Positions 63,848-64,000 of a stretch of DNA of 64,000 nucleotides are shown here, piece after piece. This DNA comes from Octopus sinensis. Its lineage: Eukaryota. Both the position numbers and the translations under genes were made by a program. The stretch's first letter is position 1, and each line of letters starts with the position of its first letter. The DNA is taken from NCBI RefSeq assembly GCF_006345805.1, contig NC_043005.1, forward strand, positions 2,914,001 through 2,978,000. Direction: 5' to 3'. Below the pieces are notes generated by a model. The model ran no database searches and had not been told where the DNA came from. It saw only the letters and a program-made list of their open reading frames with translations.

Positions 63848-64000
63848 TCATTATTATTATTATTATTAATATTTTTATCATTATTATTATTATTATATTA
63901 TCATTATTAATATTATTATTATTAATATTATTATTATTATTATTATTTTGATTATTATTATGATTGTTATTATTATTATTGTCATTATCATTATCTTTAT
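61269..64000. repeat. (AAT/AGT)n and (ATT/ACT)n compound microsatellite with strand-polarity switches
   Basis: Polarity flips near 62480, 62870 and 63240. Confidence 0.95.

Noticed and set aside
57645-63951. Long Ile/Val/Leu/Thr-rich ORFs in the track
   Set aside because: These are translations of trinucleotide microsatellites. The same applies to the YI/CV/HT ORFs from dinucleotide tracts. The first ~30 residues of ORF 59410-61353 are also microsatellite.

Overview
This is eukaryotic, AT-rich, repeat-dense DNA, most likely from an octopus. That assignment is an inference from the SINE and RTE-tail families and the microsatellite load. One host gene is supported: a multi-exon FAAP100-like gene (Fanconi anaemia core complex-associated protein 100) on the + strand. 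Five 3' exons (about 15.2-25.0 kb) splice in phase to a stop codon at 24998-25000. A plausible first exon sits at 8824-8913 behind an ETS motif. The rest of the window is transposable-element debris and simple repeats. Retroelements: a nearly complete Tx1/L1-clade LINE (39.0-44.6 kb), a young 5'-truncated CR1 (59.2-61.3 kb), two RTE LINEs, an R4/Dong-like remnant, several Penelope-like remnants and a Gypsy integrase scrap. DNA elements: two Tc1 (one apparently with an intron), a mariner, a Tigger/pogo, a Merlin deletion derivative, a Helentron remnant, hAT and other MITEs. More than 30 SINE or LINE-tail copies are scattered throughout. From 53.2 kb to the end is a low-complexity domain with a 3.4-kb array of 22-bp repeats. 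There are no prokaryotic systems or CRISPR arrays. The best leads are: (1) a conserved multi-hairpin 260-nt module at both ends of the Tx1 LINE, folded back into a palindrome at the 5' side; (2) an intron-bearing Tc1; (3) a minimal hammerhead-ribozyme-like motif; (4) a CpG-rich promoter-like island inside a FAAP100 intron. All alignments and family assignments were made by eye, and many boundaries are approximate.
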